From: Candidatus Poribacteria bacterium
Lineage (GTDB): Bacteria > Poribacteria > WGA-4E > PCPOR2b
Direction of reading: 5' to 3'
Assembly: GCA_965208425.1 (NCBI GenBank)
Contig: OZ242335.1
Coordinates: 2,119,181 to 2,183,180 of the forward strand
DNA: 64,000 nt
The translations under genes were made by a program, and so were the position numbers. Numbering within the stretch: position 1 is the first letter of the stretch; each line of letters opens with the position of its first letter. This document shows, piece after piece, positions 1-9,455 of this stretch. The notes under the pieces are model-generated. The model was not told the origin of the DNA. It was given only the letters and a program-made list of their open reading frames with translations, and did not search any database.

Positions 1-340
1 AACCGAGTGCGTCATCAATCAACTCGGTGGGCAGGTCTAAAATATCGCCTCCCCTCGCCGCGCCTGCATTGTTGACCAAGATATCCACGCCGCCGAAGTG
101 TTCCACAGTCTCCTTCACAACTTTTTGGCAGCTTTCCAGAGTTGTCAGGTCAACTGCGACGGCGTATCCCTCACCACCGGCTCCGTTAATTTCGTCAACA
201 ACTTCGTCCAAAAGCTCTCGGTTGCGAGCGGTAACACAAACACGCGCTCCTTCACGAGCGAGTGCCAACGCACAGCACCGACCGATACCGCGACTCCCAC
301 CTGTTACGATTGCTCGTTTTTCCTTCAATCCTAAATCCAT
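1..340 (-). CDS. short-chain dehydrogenase/reductase (SDR) family oxidoreductase, N-terminal part; 3' end lies beyond the window start
   Basis: Minus-strand translation from ATG at 340-338 gives MDLGLKEKRAIVTGGSRGIGRCCALALAREGARVCVTARNRELLDEV...VNNAGAARGG. This carries the TGxxxGIG Rossmann motif and the NNAG motif of classical SDRs. A GGAGAGGGGG RBS sits just upstream. The ORF track missed it because it runs off the window edge. Confidence 0.8.
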   Translation of the reverse strand, partial: MDLGLKEKRAIVTGGSRGIGRCCALALAREGARVCVTARNRELLDEVVDEINGAGGEGYAVAVDLTTLESCQKVVKETVEHFGGVDILVNNAGAARGGDILDLPTELIDDALG

Positions 341-378
341 AGGTTTCCCCCTCTCCAAGATGTGGTAATGGTCACGGT

Positions 379-1377
379 TTACTCTTCTGGTCCAATTTTG
401 ACAATCATCTTGCCCATATTCTCGCCTTTGAAAAGACCGATAAATGCCTGTGGTGCGTTTTCCAAGCCTTCTACGATTGTTTCCTCCCAATGCATCTTGC
501 CTTCGCTGATCCACTGCCGCATATCGGCGTAAAACTCATCGGTGCGATCCGCATAGTCGGTAACGATGAAGCCCTGTAATTTCAGACGTTTACCGATGGC
601 AGTGCTAAGATTTTTAGGACCGGGCGTTGGGTCAACATCGTTGTAATGCGCAATCATACCACACAGAGGAATGCGTCCATGCATATTCATCAACGAGAGC
701 GCAGCTTCGAGATGTGCGCCGCCGACGTTTTCAAAGTAGATATCAATTCCGTCTGGACAGTGCTGCTTTAACTCGTCTATTAAGTTATCAACCCGCTTAT
801 AGTTAAATGCTACATCGACACCCGCCTTTTCCAAAAGCCAATTCACCTTATGATCCGAGCCGGCACTCGCAACGACACGACACCCTTTGATCTTGGCGAT
901 CTGGCAGACAATTGCACCGACTGCGCCGGAGGCAGCGGAGACGAATACCGTTTCTCCCGCTTTGGGGGCGCCAACATCTAGTAGTCCAAAATAGGCGGTG
1001 CGTCCGGGCATACCGACAGCACCGATAAAGGATTGGATTGGGGCGAGGGTCGGATCAATCTGGCTTAGGTTCTCTGCCGAAGCGAGGTAATACTCCCGCC
1101 AGCCGAGTCCGCCTAACACATAATCGCCAACCTGAAACGATTCACTCCCCGACTGAACAACCTGCCCGACACACCCACCCTCTAACGGCACACCGATCGC
1201 GACATTCCTGACAACCCCGCGCATATAGGGATCAACCGACATATAGATATTTCGTACAAGAACTTCGCCTGCTTTAGGTTCAGCGACCGTTACTTCGACA
1301 ATTTCAAAATCGCTCTCCTTGGGAATGCCGACAGGGCGTTGCTTGAGACGGATTTCGCGACTTACAATTTCACTCAT
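379..1377 (-). CDS. NADP-dependent oxidoreductase, medium-chain dehydrogenase/reductase family (YncB/CurA/PTGR1-like alkenal/one reductase)
   Basis: A 332-aa ORF. Its N-terminus, MSEIVSREIRLKQRPVGIPKESDFEIVEVTVAEPKAGEVLVRNIYMSVDPYMRG, is diagnostic of the YncB/leukotriene-B4 12-hydroxydehydrogenase subfamily. A GxGxxG NADP fold (AASGAVGAIVCQIAK) is present. Confidence 0.88.
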   Translation of the reverse strand: MSEIVSREIRLKQRPVGIPKESDFEIVEVTVAEPKAGEVLVRNIYMSVDPYMRGVVRNVAIGVPLEGGCVGQVVQSGSESFQVGDYVLGGLGWREYYLASAENLSQIDPTLAPIQSFIGAVGMPGRTAYFGLLDVGAPKAGETVFVSAASGAVGAIVCQIAKIKGCRVVASAGSDHKVNWLLEKAGVDVAFNYKRVDNLIDELKQHCPDGIDIYFENVGGAHLEAALSLMNMHGRIPLCGMIAHYNDVDPTPGPKNLSTAIGKRLKLQGFIVTDYADRTDEFYADMRQWISEGKMHWEETIVEGLENAPQAFIGLFKGENMGKMIVKIGPEE

Positions 1378-1574
1378 TTTTCTCTCCTCTGTAGTGATCT
1401 CCGGTGCAAGTTGGTGAGGCTGTTATTGCTAGGGCGTGTTGACATTTTGATATTCCCAATCCGGTAAGCATTCAAAGCGGCCTCCGCCGTGAATGGGTTG
1501 TAGGGAACAACGATCGTTGTTCTCTACGATGTCCCCACTAGGGCATAGAAGCAAGCCTAGCTCGTAGGGAACGG

Positions 1575-1925
1575 AGATCTCCGTTCCTTATGTTCTAAAC
1601 CAACGAGGCCATACGTTCAAAGAACGTCAACATTGGTTCAATTTGTTAAATGTCAACAGAACCTAGTACTCTGTCAGGCAAATTATGGTTGTGTATATTG
1701 ATTGAAAGCAAACAATAACATATCAGGACTTGCCCAGCCGAACGGTCAAAGCCGTTTCTCCCCCTTTAGCTGGCACTGAGGGGTGTGTGGGAGGGGCATC
1801 TCCCGCGAAGCGAGGATCCCGATAAATCGGGACCTGCCCCGATACGCCCGATGAATCGGGCAACTACAATCTGGAATGCGTAAGTCCTATAATTGCAAAA
1901 TGAGCACTAGTTGATTCATAAGTCC
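1575..1925 (+). repeat. composite MITE-like repeat element, copy A (about 280-350 bp); inverted copy at 9020-9300, partial direct copy at 8738-8850
   Basis: The reverse complement of 9061-9300 matches 1640-1880 almost base for base. Examples are caactagtaccctgtcaggcaaattatg..., gcaaacaataacatatcaggacttgcccag and the cccgataaatcggg core. The ends are TIR-like AGGACTTACGC / GCGTAAGTCCT. Confidence 0.85.
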
Positions 1926-2099
1926 CCCTGATAAGGGGGATTTAGAGGGTTAAAAGTAAAAAAATCTTGTGTCCTATGCTGAATTTGCATAATAAGCCCT
2001 GTTATTTTCACGTTTCACGCATCGCGTTCGATCTTTGACCGGAGAGCGTATCAACAGTTGCAAACTAGCGTCATTGATTAATATGATTCGGTTGGGGTA

Positions 2100-2972
2100 T
2101 CACGCCCAGACAAAGATTTCGTCATCGTCTTCCGAATAGCCGATAAAAGTCGCCAAAACCGTTCGAGGAGTATTGCCCTCTACAGGAGCCACTAGGTGGA
2201 TGCAACCGCTGTTGAACAGGTAGAAATCGCCCGGTTGAACCTCGATTTGCTGCTGTTCAATCTTGTTGTGTGCAGCGTATTCGTAATAGGTGCCAGCCGA
2301 GAGGTGGGAATGCACCTCCGGACTCCAAACGCACCGATGTATAATAGCTTGGGGACTCTTTCCATCGTGGGCGGAATTCTGTATACAGATGAGTCCCGCA
2401 AATTGGTGGGTGAAACGAGAGACCTCATAGTTAAAGAGCTTGTCATCTAGGCCGACATGGTTGACGTGGGGAACATATTCGTGACCCTCATAGTGAATCC
2501 GAAAGATAGCAGGTCCGTAGAGACGGCCATCGGGTTCGCGGGCGACCTTGACCTCCTTGTTCACCGCCAGTGCCGAGAGGCAATCGTAGAGGGTATCTAC
2601 CGGATTGTCAAATCCGTCGAAAAGATGGCTGAAAAGTTCGTGTGTGCTCGCCGAGTGTTCAAGGAAAGCGTCCTTATTTTCGATTTCATCATCTGATACC
2701 CTCAGACCGCCGCGGGCGCGGTTAACCAGACTCGAACCGACATCGATTCGGCTTGGCAAGTTCCCCTCCGGGTTAGGCTCCTCTGGATCACGTGTCATAC
2801 CCCGATCAATGAATCGCTGCATGAGTCCACTACAGTGGTCTGGATTGTACGCACCGCGTAGGGCAATACCCGGTATGCGAGCGTCCGCAAGGGCTTGGAG
2901 CGGGTCTGCCTCATGATCAAACACGGTCTCTAGGTCGGGTTCTAACACCGACCAACTTTCACTAAATGCCAT
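2100..2972 (-). CDS. hypothetical protein, possibly a cupin-fold Fe(II)/2-oxoglutarate-type oxygenase
   Basis: The ORF track runs to 3002, but an AGGAGGAGGG RBS precedes the ATG at 2972 (MAFSESWSVLEPDLE...). His-rich segments (HYEGHEYVPHVNHVGLDD; GCIHLVAP near the C-terminus) resemble the 2-His-1-carboxylate arrangement. No strong family match could be made by eye. Confidence 0.4.
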   Translation of the reverse strand: MAFSESWSVLEPDLETVFDHEADPLQALADARIPGIALRGAYNPDHCSGLMQRFIDRGMTRDPEEPNPEGNLPSRIDVGSSLVNRARGGLRVSDDEIENKDAFLEHSASTHELFSHLFDGFDNPVDTLYDCLSALAVNKEVKVAREPDGRLYGPAIFRIHYEGHEYVPHVNHVGLDDKLFNYEVSRFTHQFAGLICIQNSAHDGKSPQAIIHRCVWSPEVHSHLSAGTYYEYAAHNKIEQQQIEVQPGDFYLFNSGCIHLVAPVEGNTPRTVLATFIGYSEDDDEIFVWA

Positions 2973-3198
2973 TTTATCCCTCCTCCTAATTTCTGTTAAC
3001 ATTTGACAAATGAGATGACTTTGGGCTTCTGTAGGGGTAACCCTTGTGGTTACCCTGTGGTCTGAAGACTGTTTGTGTGTTGCGCAGGCACAAGTTTCTT
3101 AATCCCGATTTATCGAGGTCGCTTTGGATCCCGATCTCATTGGGGACTGCTATATTGAACGGATTCCTGTAGGGGCAATCCTTGTGGTTTCCCTGCTT

Positions 3199-4599
3199 CT
3201 AATTGATGACGGAAACCTCCCTCGCCAATGCGCCCATCGGATCCCATGCGGGTAGAACAATCGGTTCCGTCTCAAGGGCATCTTGCAGTTCATCAGGTAG
3301 ATACTCTTTTCGCGCAGCAATCTCAAACATATACTGGTCAAACCAGTTGTCATTCATCAGGTAGAACCCCTTACGCCCACTATCGGCACCCCAACTGTTT
3401 TCGACCCGCCAACGCCGTGGAATCTCTCTGCCGTTCTCCTGTATCACATCCACACCCGTGAATAGCATTGCGTGAGTCATCAGGGTCTGGTGATATTGGA
3501 GTCGTCCTGCTTTGTCAAGGGTGAATGGTGTGTCGTAGACCCCTTCGTAGTCAAATAGTTTCGCATCCCAGAGACCGAGATCGGTTTGCATCATCTTCCC
3601 AACATCGCACCCCATCCAGACCGGTTCCCCGTCCATAATAGTCTTCATCGCTATCTGTTTCATGAGGTCGATATCGATATTCAGGTATTTGACAATAGCA
3701 CCGCCCTCGACATTTCCGAGGCACTCAACTGTGAAGGTTTTGCCGATCGGGCTTGTTGGGCGTGGGTCGTGGACGAGGCAGACGTAATCATCGACCGGGA
3801 CGGTGATATATTTCTCTGCGAACTGTTGCGGCGTCATCTCCCCGTCACGGTGGAATTCTTTGTCCGCGTCGTTCCACTGCCAATCGAAATGGGTAGGCGG
3901 TGTGCCGAGATGAATAGATAGGATGCGGTGGATGACCGTGATAATCTCATCTTTGGCATCTACCAGTTCATCAAAACTCGCATCTTTTGATGCCATATCA
4001 CGAAGCGTCTTTGCACCCTCGCGCAGCTTATTCAATAGAATGCGATTCATCCGCATTGAACTTGAGGAACTCTGTGTCTCCGGCATAAACGCTTGGGGCA
4101 CGAGGCCATGTTTCTTAATCAGATTGACGAACATATTCCACTGTCCGCCATCTTCCAACGGGCTTTCAAGTAGCCATGCAACGCACCGATCATCTATGTC
4201 ACGGGCTACCATCTCAATCATCCGCTGCAGGAAATAGTTGGAACGTTCGAGCTTATCCCAGAAGAAGGTGTAGTTCTGGCTGAACTCAAATTCTTTCAGA
4301 TTCATCTTCTTCATCGCGCCGACGCGGAACAGGTTCAGTCCAGCGAACATCCAGCATCTGCCGCTGCTTTTCTGGTTCGTAACGCTCCAGTCATCTAACA
4401 CATGGCTGAAGGTGAAATCGCTGTTAGTAACAATCTGACGATCAAGGGCGATGTCATCGACGGCAATCTTACAGACGGCATTCTGCGCCATCCGATAAAC
4501 CGGGCTACCCTCAAAATCGTTGCGCAATTTTGTAATCCGGTGCGGGGACAGTGTCCCGTCTTGCAAACCTTCAAGTGACCTTAACGTATCGGCTGCCAT
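3199..4599 (-). CDS. pepC: aminopeptidase C / bleomycin hydrolase (C1B family cysteine peptidase)
   Basis: A 466-aa ORF. The active-site Cys motif QKSSGRCWMFAGLN is present. The overall length and the C-terminal ...ALAREVSVIN tail are typical of PepC/BLH. The RBS is GATAGGAG. Confidence 0.88.
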   Translation of the reverse strand: MAADTLRSLEGLQDGTLSPHRITKLRNDFEGSPVYRMAQNAVCKIAVDDIALDRQIVTNSDFTFSHVLDDWSVTNQKSSGRCWMFAGLNLFRVGAMKKMNLKEFEFSQNYTFFWDKLERSNYFLQRMIEMVARDIDDRCVAWLLESPLEDGGQWNMFVNLIKKHGLVPQAFMPETQSSSSSMRMNRILLNKLREGAKTLRDMASKDASFDELVDAKDEIITVIHRILSIHLGTPPTHFDWQWNDADKEFHRDGEMTPQQFAEKYITVPVDDYVCLVHDPRPTSPIGKTFTVECLGNVEGGAIVKYLNIDIDLMKQIAMKTIMDGEPVWMGCDVGKMMQTDLGLWDAKLFDYEGVYDTPFTLDKAGRLQYHQTLMTHAMLFTGVDVIQENGREIPRRWRVENSWGADSGRKGFYLMNDNWFDQYMFEIAARKEYLPDELQDALETEPIVLPAWDPMGALAREVSVIN

Positions 4600-5091
4600 A
4601 TCACAACTCCTATCTGTTAAAATTCAGTTGGTTTTTTGTATCCGCACCAGAGGTGCGAGATAATTGAGAGAGTCTAACCTAAGTTGCTAGTTATCTGCAG
4701 CGCGATAAAAGTCAACATCCTATACCCGTAGGTCGGGCATCTTGCCCGACATACAAAGCCCCAGCGGGGCGATAGGTGTATAGCAATGCCGAAATCCCAT
4801 ACTCCACAGCCCCAGCGGGGCGACAGGTATGGTGTTAATTTGATTGTTTCTAATATGTGTCGATTATGAAAAGTCGATCTACAGGTTGTCTAGCAACTTG
4901 CGTTAGTCTAGGAAATCAACGCAGGAGTCGGGAATTGGAATTCCCTCCTACACCAGACGGACGGTAGGAGCGATTTCCCAATCGCGACTTTCGCTCCGGA
5001 GAAGCGATATGTCTATAGAATGCCGATACCGCAGATGCCTGCACTCCAGCGGAGCGCAATGTGTATAGCAAAGCTAGTATCGAATCCAATC
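4600..5091. repeat. intergenic cluster of REP-type hairpin repeats of the CCCCAGCGGGGCGA(C/T)A(G/T)GTGTATAGCA and CTCCAGCGGAGCGCAATGTGTATAGCA families, plus a GTAGGTCGGGCATCTTGCCCGAC hairpin
   Basis: Units at about 4752, 4805, 4995 and 5045. The GTAGG-prefixed palindrome is at 4727-4752. The same families recur throughout the window. Confidence 0.8.
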
Positions 5092-6060
5092 CTACGGAAT
5101 CAACAAAACCTTACCCGTTGTCTGTCTACCTTCTAACGCACGGTGCGCATCCGCGGCATCTTGGAGTGGGAACGTCCGATCAATGCGCAGCTTCAATGTG
5201 CCAGAAGAAATCCATTCAAAGAGATCCCCCGCCCGTCCCATCAGCTCTTCCCGATCGGCAGCGTGATGCCCCAAACCCGGGCGCGTTACAAACAACGAGC
5301 CGCTCGACAGACGGCTTAGATCGAACGGCGGTACAGGCCCACTCGACTGCCCGAACAGAGCCAGATAACCGCGGGGCCGAAGGCAGTTGAGGCTCTTATC
5401 AAAGGTGGTCTTAGCAACGGAATCGTAGACCACATCAACCCCTCGACCATCGGTTAGACGTTTAACTTCGGCTTCAAAGTCGGTCTGTGTATAGAGGATG
5501 ACCTCATCGGCACCAGCCTCCGTGGCAAGCTGCGCTTTCTCCGGTGTGGAGACTGTACCAAATACACGTGCCCCCAACGTCTTAGCCATCTGAATGAGCA
5601 ACAAGCCGACTCCACCGGCGGCTGCATGAACCAATGCCGTGTCGCCGGTACTGAGTGGGTAGGTGCTGCGGGTCAGATAGTGTGCGGTCATACCTTGCAG
5701 CATCGCCGCCGCTGCCGACTGTGTATCAATTGAATTGGGCAGAGGGACAAGCACCGCAGACGGCACGATCGCTGCCTCAGTGTAGGATCCTTGGTGCATC
5801 GCATAGCCCACACGATCCCCTACATTGACCTCGGTAACACCCGGTCCAATTGCTTCGACCACACCTGCACCTTCCATCCCCGGCGTAAAGGGCATGTTGG
5901 TACTCGGATAGAGTCCCGTGCGGTGGTAAATGTCGATATAGTTTAGTCCCGCTGCTTCGATGCGCACCCGCGCTTCACCCGCACCGGGTTCACTCGTCGA
6001 AACTTCTTCATAGCGGAGTGCCTCTGGTCCGCCATGTTCATGAATACAAATAGCGTTCAT
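5092..6060 (-). CDS. qor: NADPH:quinone oxidoreductase (zeta-crystallin-like MDR family)
   Basis: A 322-aa ORF. It begins [20 protein letters not shown] and carries the [15 protein letters not shown] cofactor motif. It ends KVLLIP, as Qor proteins typically do. Confidence 0.85.
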   Translation of the reverse strand: MNAICIHEHGGPEALRYEEVSTSEPGAGEARVRIEAAGLNYIDIYHRTGLYPSTNMPFTPGMEGAGVVEAIGPGVTEVNVGDRVGYAMHQGSYTEAAIVPSAVLVPLPNSIDTQSAAAAMLQGMTAHYLTRSTYPLSTGDTALVHAAAGGVGLLLIQMAKTLGARVFGTVSTPEKAQLATEAGADEVILYTQTDFEAEVKRLTDGRGVDVVYDSVAKTTFDKSLNCLRPRGYLALFGQSSGPVPPFDLSRLSSGSLFVTRPGLGHHAADREELMGRAGDLFEWISSGTLKLRIDRTFPLQDAADAHRALEGRQTTGKVLLIP

Positions 6061-6381
6061 CTGTCTATCTCCTGTTTTTTATGGGCTGATACCACGGTTA
6101 TAAAAAATATCAAATTCAACACCATGCCTGTCTTAAATCCACTTATTCTTCGGGAGAACGGTTGGTAGGGAACGCAGATCTGCGTTCCCTACAGAAATCA
6201 CTTCTCCACTCATTCGCTCCAGTTACTTTGAATCCCGGTGTTATCAAAAACAATCTCTATAATCCGGAAATATTGCAAGTTTTCTTAGCCCCAGCGGGGC
6301 GACAGGTGTGGCGTGAAGTTGGTGCTGCCCACCTAGGTTCTCATACATATCTTAGATTCGCCCAACCTATCGAACATAGGA

Positions 6382-7128
6382 TCAGAGCGCGTCAGGTGCC
6401 AACTCTCGCATTCGCTCTATCCACCGTTCGCGCTTCGGATGTCCTTCGGCATTGTCAACCCACGGACCGTAGTCAACCCTGTTGCCGATAATCTGTTTTT
6501 TGGTCACTTCTGCCTCCTCTGGCGTTTTCGGATTGTTGTAGTAAACCAAGACACACATCCGGCGATCAACCGCACCGCCCCAACTTGCATGCCAGCATCT
6601 TACATCGAAGGCAACCACGTCCCCCGGCTCCGATTCAAAAATGTAGGCGGGAACATCAGGGATTTCGAGTTCCAATTCATCCATCTTCTGCCGTAGTTCG
6701 CCGTGAAAGGATGACTCGTGCGATCCCGGTATCAACCGCAGCGCGCCGGTTTCCGCAGTCACCGGTTGCAGATAGTAGGCAAACTTGACGCCATACTGAT
6801 GGAGACTTCCTGTATCGGGATGCCAGCGCGTATCCCCGACGTAACGGTTAATGTCGGAAGCAATACCGAAGACATCTTCGCCGTAAAGTTGTTCCGCTAC
6901 ATCGCAGAATCGCGGGTCTTCCAGTAGTGAGGCGAGGAAAGGTGTATCGGGTCCCATCGTTATCAGCCAATGTCGGCGTGTGCCATCGAATGGGTCATCT
7001 CTAAACGCCTCCGTCATTGCCGCTTCAAACTCCGTGTTGATGGTCTTCAATTCGTCCTGACTGAACAACTGCCGAAAAGTCAGAAATCCGAAGGTCTGAA
7101 AGTGATTGATCTGTTCTTGCGTGAGCAT
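6382..7128 (-). CDS. phytanoyl-CoA dioxygenase (PhyH) family Fe(II)/2OG oxygenase
   Basis: The ORF track begins at 7152. An AGGAAGGA RBS favours the ATG at 7128 (MLTQEQINHFQTFGFLTF...). The PhyH-like N-terminus and a C-terminal His-containing segment (WHASWGG) are present. Confidence 0.75.
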   Translation of the reverse strand: MLTQEQINHFQTFGFLTFRQLFSQDELKTINTEFEAAMTEAFRDDPFDGTRRHWLITMGPDTPFLASLLEDPRFCDVAEQLYGEDVFGIASDINRYVGDTRWHPDTGSLHQYGVKFAYYLQPVTAETGALRLIPGSHESSFHGELRQKMDELELEIPDVPAYIFESEPGDVVAFDVRCWHASWGGAVDRRMCVLVYYNNPKTPEEAEVTKKQIIGNRVDYGPWVDNAEGHPKRERWIERMRELAPDAL

Positions 7129-7172
7129 TATGTTATTCCTTCCTCTCCACATCGCCTAAGCGCACCTCAAAA

Positions 7173-7203
7173 TTATGGTGAATGCTAAAAATAAATAGAC
7201 ATT
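7173..7203 (+). repeat. L-box (aATTATGGTGAATGCTAAAAATAAATAGAC), the left terminus of the dispersed MITE-like intergenic unit
   Basis: Near-identical boxes occur at 15455-15490, 34678-34705, 58875-58909 and 63131-63166. Each is followed by GTAGG hairpins. Confidence 0.75.
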
Positions 7204-7312
7204 AATAGTAGTAGGCACACGCCGTGTGCCGTAACTCTTTCTTCCCAGTGCTTACCAAACATTCCATCTAACCCGGTAGGTGCGGTTTCTAACCGCACCG
7301 GCTTTGACTATC

Positions 7313-7337
7313 CCATTAATTCTAAGATCTACCATAG
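7313..7337 (+). promoter_or_regulatory. R-box (CCATTAATTCTAAGATCTACCATAG), the right terminus of the same unit; a candidate promoter-like element
   Basis: Copies at 12634-12666, 15634-15668, 26623-26653, 34781-34808, 46927-46957, 59076-59108 and 63213-63243. Most of them lie 30-330 bp upstream of plus-strand start codons. Confidence 0.6.
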
Positions 7338-7553
7338 TTTCAGTCTGTAGGTCGAGATTCATATCTCGACAGCCTTGTGCTTTATTCTTGACATCAATTT
7401 TGCTTTAGTATATCCTTTCGGCACTTACAATTCAATCGAAAAAGTCCTTGTGAATTGTAAGTCAACGAAGGGTACTGTATCTGAACACTAGTCACCAATT
7501 CTACCGTTTTGAAGATCTGTAAATACACGACGCAGGAGGTATAAGCAAATAAT

Positions 7554-8423
7554 ATGTCGAACACAATCAATCCACCGCAGATCCGACACATGGCAACGCT
7601 CTGGACCCTAACAGACTATGGCGATGCTGATGGAGAATGGTCTATGGATCGGAAACTACGGGAGATAAAAAATGCCGGATTCGACGGCTTTCTTGGTCGA
7701 GTGCCGGTCGTCACCGCCGAGCATGTCCAAGGGTATGGACTGCTGTTTGCAGCGACTGTAGATATAGGGGAGGCAGCGGAGGTCGAGCCAAAACTTAAGG
7801 AAATCAAAGAGGTGGGCGCGGTCTGTGTCAACGTGCAGATGCTCGACCACGACACTTCAACTGAAGAAGCGCTAACGCGGGCACGTCAAGTGATGGACAC
7901 CGCAGGCAAGCTGGAAATGGATGTCGCCATTGAGGTCCACCGCGACACCTGCACCGAAACGCCGGAGAAGGCTTATGCCCTCGCAGAAGGCTTTGAGCAG
8001 GCGGAGGGACGACCGCTAAAGATGACGTGGGATTTCTCACACCCCGCTATTATCAAGCACCTATCGCCACCGTACTGGGATCGATTGGCAGAACGGGTTG
8101 ACCTGATCCAACTCGCCCAGCAGTTCCATTTCCGTCCGTTCAACGGTCACCATTGTCAAATCCCCGCACTCGGTCACGATGGTGAGTTCACGCCGGAGTT
8201 CTTGGACTGGCTTGAATTCGCGGATCGGCTCATCGAAGTCTGGCTGCAAGCGGCGCCACCGGGGCGCGAGATGTTTGTCTGCCCAGAGCAGGGCGCGATG
8301 GGCTATACCCTATCAGTCTTTCCAGATCGATGGAAGGATGTGCAAGCCATTCGAGGCGAGGTAGAGCGGGTTTGGCAAAAGCATATCAAGAACTGGACAC
8401 CACCACAATCGAATGAAACGTGA
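7554..8423 (+). CDS. sugar phosphate isomerase/epimerase (xylose-isomerase-like TIM-barrel family)
   Basis: A 289-aa ORF with a GGAGGT RBS. The composition and the length are typical of AP-endonuclease-2/xylose-isomerase-like TIM barrels. A TTGACA-type promoter-like sequence lies at 7389. Confidence 0.6.
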   Translation: MSNTINPPQIRHMATLWTLTDYGDADGEWSMDRKLREIKNAGFDGFLGRVPVVTAEHVQGYGLLFAATVDIGEAAEVEPKLKEIKEVGAVCVNVQMLDHDTSTEEALTRARQVMDTAGKLEMDVAIEVHRDTCTETPEKAYALAEGFEQAEGRPLKMTWDFSHPAIIKHLSPPYWDRLAERVDLIQLAQQFHFRPFNGHHCQIPALGHDGEFTPEFLDWLEFADRLIEVWLQAAPPGREMFVCPEQGAMGYTLSVFPDRWKDVQAIRGEVERVWQKHIKNWTPPQSNET

Positions 8424-9455
8424 TTCGTAAAACGTGAAAACAATGAGTTCATGGGTTCATTTAGCCCCAGAGGGGCGACATGTCTATAGTACACAGGTAA
8501 ACAAATACCCTAAAGCCCCAGAGGGACGACATGTATATCCCAAGGGTGGAACATAAGAAGACTGAATTAACCAACCGACTAATGAACCGATGAACTCCCC
8601 GATAAATCGGGATCCGAAGTGGCTTGACCGATCCATACCCAGCAGGATGATATATATAAAAAAATACAATGGTTGGTAGGGAACAACGATCGTTGTTCCC
8701 TACGAGTTGGAACGTAGAAGTGCGTATATTTCGTAGGGAACGGTGATCTCCGTTCCATTTGTTAAATGTCAACAGAACCTAGTACTCTGTCAGGCAAATT
8801 ATGCTTGTGTATATGGATTGGAAGCAAACAATAACATATTAGGACTTACGCACTTCAGTAGTGAACAACGATCGTTGTTCACTATGGGCTTTTCTATGGA
8901 GTCTCTGTTGTAGTTGCCCGATTTATCGGGCGTTGTTGGGCGTTGGTGCGGCGATAAATCGCCGAACTACAGGATTTTGAGCGTTCAACTGCGTAAGTCC
9001 TGATATATAATAGCTGCAAAACTTATATGACTGAGTACTAGTGCTCAGTCAGATAAGTTTTACAATTATAGGACTTACGCATTCCAGATTGTAGTTGCCC
9101 GATTCATCGGGCGTATCGGGGCAGGTCCCGATTTATCGGGATCCTCGCTTCGCGGGAGATGCCCCTCCCACACACCGCTCAGTGCCCGCTAAAGGGGGCG
9201 AAAGGGCTTTGACCGTTCGGCTGGGCAAGTCCTGATATGTTATTGTTTGCTTTCAATCAATATACACAAGCATAATTTGCCTGACAGGGTACTAGTTGAT
9301 AAACCAAACGCTAGAAAGCAATCTATTAGGCGGGAATTAGAATTCCCTCTTACACTACGCAAAGTATACGGGGTGAGGCGTACCCTTCCGAATCATGACT
9401 TGCTTCGCTCCAATTGTACAAACTTTAGTAAAAAACTCAAAGGAGATTTTCTTTA
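8424..9455. repeat. 1-kb non-coding repeat nest (MITE/REP graveyard)
   Basis: It contains CCCCAGAGGGGCGACATGTCTATAG x2 with a conserved 23-bp spacer. It also holds GTAGGGAACAACGATCGTTGTTCCCTAC palindromes, a partial direct copy (8738-8850) and a full inverted copy (9020-9300) of the 1575-1925 element, and an 80-bp perfect-ish palindrome at 8990-9075. No ORF has protein-like composition. Confidence 0.85.

Noticed and set aside
27-368. Plus-strand ORFs 27-368 and 98-334 from the ORF track
   Set aside because: Their composition is not protein-like (Ser/Thr/Pro/Ala runs). The minus strand encodes a clear SDR N-terminus (TGGSRGIG, NNAG) running off the window edge.
7313-7337. R-box as a canonical sigma-70 promoter
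   Set aside because: A (C/T)ATAAT-like hexamer is present, but no TTGACA-like -35 sits at 16-18 bp spacing. One copy (26623) is not upstream of any co-oriented gene. The box is kept as a candidate regulatory or mobile-element terminus only.
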